A DNA stretch of 63,462 nt, the filler included, from Choristocarpus tenellus KU-1152 (taxonomy: Eukaryota; Protista; Phaeophyceae): the NCBI GenBank assembly GCA_964200185.2. It is 10 parts of 10 records of this genome, joined end to end, with 100 filler letters (N's around TTAATTAATTAA, not from the genome) between each part and the next. Parts side by side here need not be neighbours in the genome. Positions count along the whole stretch, not along the records: positions 56,102 to 63,462 come from CAXNAD020006270.1; 9 more parts are not named here. One strand, given 5' to 3'. The translations under genes and the position numbers were made by a program. Below are positions 62,830 to 63,462 of this stretch, piece by piece. Numbering within the stretch: the first letter of the stretch is position 1; every line of letters starts with the position of its first letter. Below the pieces are notes generated by a model that saw only the letters and a list, made by a program, of their open reading frames with translations, was not told the DNA's origin and made no database searches.

Positions 62830-63185
62830 TTATTTCAAATTAGCATGCACTAGTAATGAAGAAGGGAAGGATATACGGACCTGACAAAATCAGAGCTACT
62901 CAGTATTTGAAATTTTACAACAATAATGAAGAATGAAGGATAAATGGATCCAATGTACCTCACATTTGAAATTACCATAGAAACAAAGAAGGAAAAATAG
63001 ATGTGAAATTCAGAATCCTAGGTTATAATAGTTACGAAGAATGAACAAAAATGGATCTGAAGTTGAGAACCCTTCATATTTGAAATGGTGATAGAAATGA
63101 AGAAGGAAGGATAAACAGATATGAAATTCAGAGTCTTAAGTCATTTGAAATTAAAATACCAGAACTGAGGGAGAATAAGAAGGGT
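62830..63185. repeat. Degenerate ~60-70-bp AT-rich tandem repeat
   Basis: Recurring atttgaaatt…aatgaagaaggaaggata…ggatctgaaattcagag. Confidence 0.6.
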
Positions 63186-63462
63186 AAATATTCTTCAATG
63201 AATAGTGATATGAATTGAAAGCTTACACAAGAGTTTTACAAATCGGTCTGAAACGATTCCATCCAATTGATTGAATCAAAGCCATCCTAAGGTGTTAAAT
63301 ACTTCAATGAACATGTACAGTAAGAACTAAGAAAGTTCAGGTAAGGCAAGACAAATTTTGACATGCCATACATTTAAAATGCCTCTCAAGGTGCAGACCC
63401 CCCCCCCCCCCTATTCTTTGGTTCTTTTCCACCCCATAGAGGTTGTTTTGCTTCTCTTGCCA

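Overview
Eukaryotic, intron-rich, repeat-rich DNA, most likely from a brown alga or a close photosynthetic stramenopile relative. This is an inference from EsV-1-7 repeats, a heterokont-type plastid presequence, TTAGGG repeats and kb-long GT-AG introns. The window is not one contiguous locus: ten short contigs are joined by artificial 100-nt linkers (44 N + TTAATTAATTAA + 44 N), so adjacency across linkers is not evidence of linkage. Most ORFs in the supplied track are spurious. By manual splicing I reconstructed partial genes for a His-rich COG0523/CobW metallochaperone, a large beta-helix/Cys-rich membrane protein, a TCP11-family protein, WDR61/Ski8, an FCH/F-BAR-like protein, a thylakoid-lumen (Tat) protein and an RNA12/YME2-like P-loop protein. 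Mobile DNA includes nine copies of a ~258-bp MITE with GAG...CTC termini, 4-bp TSDs (Sola2-like) and an internal hairpin. There is also a related poly-C mini-element, a decayed Ty3/gypsy pol, a mariner-type transposase tail, a shared stem-loop + (TAA)n retroposon-like 3' end, and a decayed intronless array of viral-type EsV-1-7 repeats. I found no clear multi-gene novel system. The best leads are the Sola2-like MITE group, the EsV-1-7 relic and several splice-site oddities (two GC donors, and a tandemly amplified branch-point/acceptor unit). All family assignments are from recalled motifs, not database searches.
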